Source: Tubulanus polymorphus
Taxonomy: Eukaryota > Animalia > Nemertea
DNA: 64,000 nt
NCBI RefSeq assembly: GCF_964204645.1
Contig: NC_134035.1
Coordinates: 13,886,686 to 13,950,685, forward strand
Reading direction: 5' to 3'
The notes under the pieces are model-generated. The model did not search any database. It was not told the DNA's origin and saw only the letters and a program-made list of their open reading frames with translations. The translations under genes and the position numbers were made by a program. Positions 61,541-64,000 of this stretch are shown here, piece after piece; within the stretch, counting starts at the first letter, position 1, and the number at the start of each line of letters is the position of its first letter.

Positions 61541-62928
61541 AGACAGACGTCTCTGTTAATCTAAGCAATATCAAAATCAGGGATTCAATTTATTCTTTTT
61601 AACTGCATTTGCAATTTCTATATCCAGTGAGCATTTAAGTATCAAATTAGAGGTAATTTGTAGGTTATGTACGCATTATGTACTGATTTCTACTCTCACA
61701 GCTACTGTTAGTGTACATGTACTGTAATGAAGACTTCTGGTCTTTTCATTAGTCCTATATTTTATTCTGTTCTGTTGCACAATATAAATCTATTTGTTAC
61801 ATTGTAAATAATGTAGTTATCTCTTCAGTCAGAAATTCTTTTACAATTCGCTTATTTGTATTATGGAAATAAGATCTTATATCTATGATTGTGTGTTAAT
61901 GCTTCTGATGTGTTGGTTTTCAATGTTGGTCACATATAATTCAACAGATAAAGTCAGCGAGAGTACATTTTACAGGAAACACCACATTTCTAAGATTGGA
62001 AAACAAAAACGACATTTGTGATGCTCAAAAAGGACCATTTTGCTGCCAATCTTTCAACAACCAGTTGAGGATTAGGTGACGGTTTTGTTAAACCCAATAG
62101 ACCGGGACATCCGTATCAGGTTTTTACAGATATTAGTTCTGGCATTCCGATAGATGGCAATTATGAGATGAGCCGTTCACGGAAGGACTACTCTTAAAAG
62201 ATCTTCAATAATGATTCCTCTGAACTAGTTTTTAGTGAGATTTGCCTAGTCTGAACAGACTCATGAGTATAGGCAGCACCCGACAATGTCAGGATGATTT
62301 GCGAATAGAAATTCTGTGCATCTTTCGGAATTTATTATTTTTCATCTAGCCTAGCAGATTTATAATTTATTAGAAGGTATAATCAGTGCTGCCGCATCCC
62401 GCAGTCTCTCACTGTTCGGTCCCGCCGCTTCCATTGAATCAACATAAATATATTTGAATTGGTGCCAACCCTGGCAACTGACGAAACATTGCTCCACAAC
62501 GTATTCCAAATGTCGCAAAGAGCAAAAACGCCCTATCATTTCTAAAAGCTGTAACCGTATTTAGAGATGGCAGCACCTTACGGTAAAAATTTGACGAACT
62601 ATTTACAGCAAACAACCGCTTGATTATTCCCAATAGCGGGCCGAGACTAAAATATACAAAATAAAGAAATAAATTAACTCGATTATTAATTCTAAATTGA
62701 AACGGAATTGATCGTATTCAACCCGGGGTGGCCAAACGTTTAAAATGAGGGAATATATTGAGAAACAACAATTCACTATCGGTACTCGTTTTATCAATTT
62801 ATTTTCTATTCAATTGCTAATAAATCATTTACAGAATTATTGAAATACTAAAGAGACTATTTTTCTAAAACTCAGGAGATATTTGCGTCGGCGTTTCCTC
62901 AGAAGCTAGAGAGAGGGAGATGGACGTG

Positions 62929-63152
62929 TCACCGAGGCATGCCAGAGCTATGAGTTGTTTGCTCATAGTGTTGTTCAGTCACTAGTTTAAGAACAGTCAT
63001 TAATTCGTCTGCTATCTCTGATGAATATTTATCCTGTGGATAATGACCTCCCTCCGTAAACGCTAAACATTTCCTGTATTTTCCCCCAGTGCTGACGATG
63101 CTGCTGCTGCTGCTGCTGTCAACTGTGTCGTTCATATCAGCAGAGATTTCAT
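62929..63152 (-). CDS. Probable last exon of a gene extending beyond the window, possibly an alpha/beta-hydrolase
   Basis: TTTCAG acceptor, then ...KCLAFTEGGHYPQDKYSSEIADELMTVL...*; GGHY resembles the catalytic-His motif followed by the final helix. Confidence 0.45.
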
Positions 63153-63194
63153 CTGAAACAATGTAATACATTTAAACAGATTTGAATTGACGGC

Positions 63195-63902
63195 TGCACA
63201 CCCTCAGCCTGTAGTCCACCCACCCTCAGCCTGTAGCCCGCACACCCTCAGCCTGTAGTCCACCCACCCTCAGCCTGTAGCCCGCACACCCTCAGCCTGT
63301 AGTCCGCACACCCTCAGCCTGTAGCCCGCATACCCTCAGCCCGCACACCCTCAGCCTGTAGTCCACCCACCCTCAGCCTGAAGCCCGCACACCCTCAGCC
63401 TGTAGTCCGCACACCCTCAGCCTGTAGCCTGCACACCCTCAGCCTGTAGTCCACACACCCTCAGCCTGTAGCCTGCACACCCTCAGCCTAGAGCCTGCAC
63501 ACCCTCAGCCTGTAGCCTGCACACCCTCAGCCTGTAGTCCACCCACCCTCAGCCTGTAGCCTGCACACCCTCAGCCTGAAGCCTGCACACCCTCAGCCTG
63601 TAGCCTGCACACCCTCAGCCTGTAGTCTGCACACCCTCAGCCTGTAGTCCACCCACCCTCAGCCTGTAGCCTGCACACCCTCAGCCTGTAGTCCACCCAC
63701 CCTCAGCCTGTAGCCCGCACACCCTCAGCCTGTAGTCCGCACACCCTCAGCCTGTAGCCTGCACACCCTCAGCCTGTAGTCCACCCACCCTCAGCCTGTA
63801 GCCTGCACACCATCAGCCTGTAGCCTGCACACCCTCAGCCTGAAGCCTGCACACCCTCAGCCTGAAGCCAGCAGACCCTCAGCCTGAAGCCCGCACACCC
63901 TC
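63195..63902. repeat. 22-bp minisatellite (CCCTCAGCCTGTAGCCTGCACA)
   Basis: ~30 tandem copies; related degenerate copies at ~60930-61010. Confidence 0.95.
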
Positions 63903-64000
63903 CAGACAAACACCATCTGATAAATAAAGTGTGTTTGATCTGATTTTCCAAGCAAACAGATAAAACATCTCTTCTGTCTGTAGGAGTCAGGCAAATAGAA

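Overview
This is eukaryotic, gene-dense invertebrate DNA with GT-AG introns. A lophotrochozoan origin is my inference, not established. I could assemble nine spliced genes by hand: an N-acylated, catalytically degenerate adenylate-kinase-like gene (-), a secreted Cys-rich peptide/EF-hand precursor (-), a TK2/dNK-type deoxynucleoside kinase (+), syntaxin-7/12 (-), PKMYT1 (+), an uncharacterised membrane protein (-), ITFG2 (-), TYMS (+), and ILRUN (-). WDR76 (+) and the last exon of a probable alpha/beta-hydrolase (-) follow. Introns, UTRs and promoters are packed with minisatellites, MITEs, Penelope-type hammerhead remnants and a 6 x ~1.34 kb macrosatellite. Three things stand out. (1) At least 9 tandem repeats in 4 genes have units that straddle a real splice junction, giving arrays of up to ~39 decoy donors or 20-34 decoy acceptors, two of them made of GT...AG units with AG|GT junctions. 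(2) A mytimycin-like precursor (signal peptide, CX3CX3CX8CX3CX3C +6 peptide, RRKR, two EF-hands) has a TATA box and a kappaB site upstream. (3) Hammerhead-bearing insertions sit in its introns, one with a 13-bp target-site duplication that re-creates the splice donor. Exon boundaries were read by eye and may be off by a few nt.
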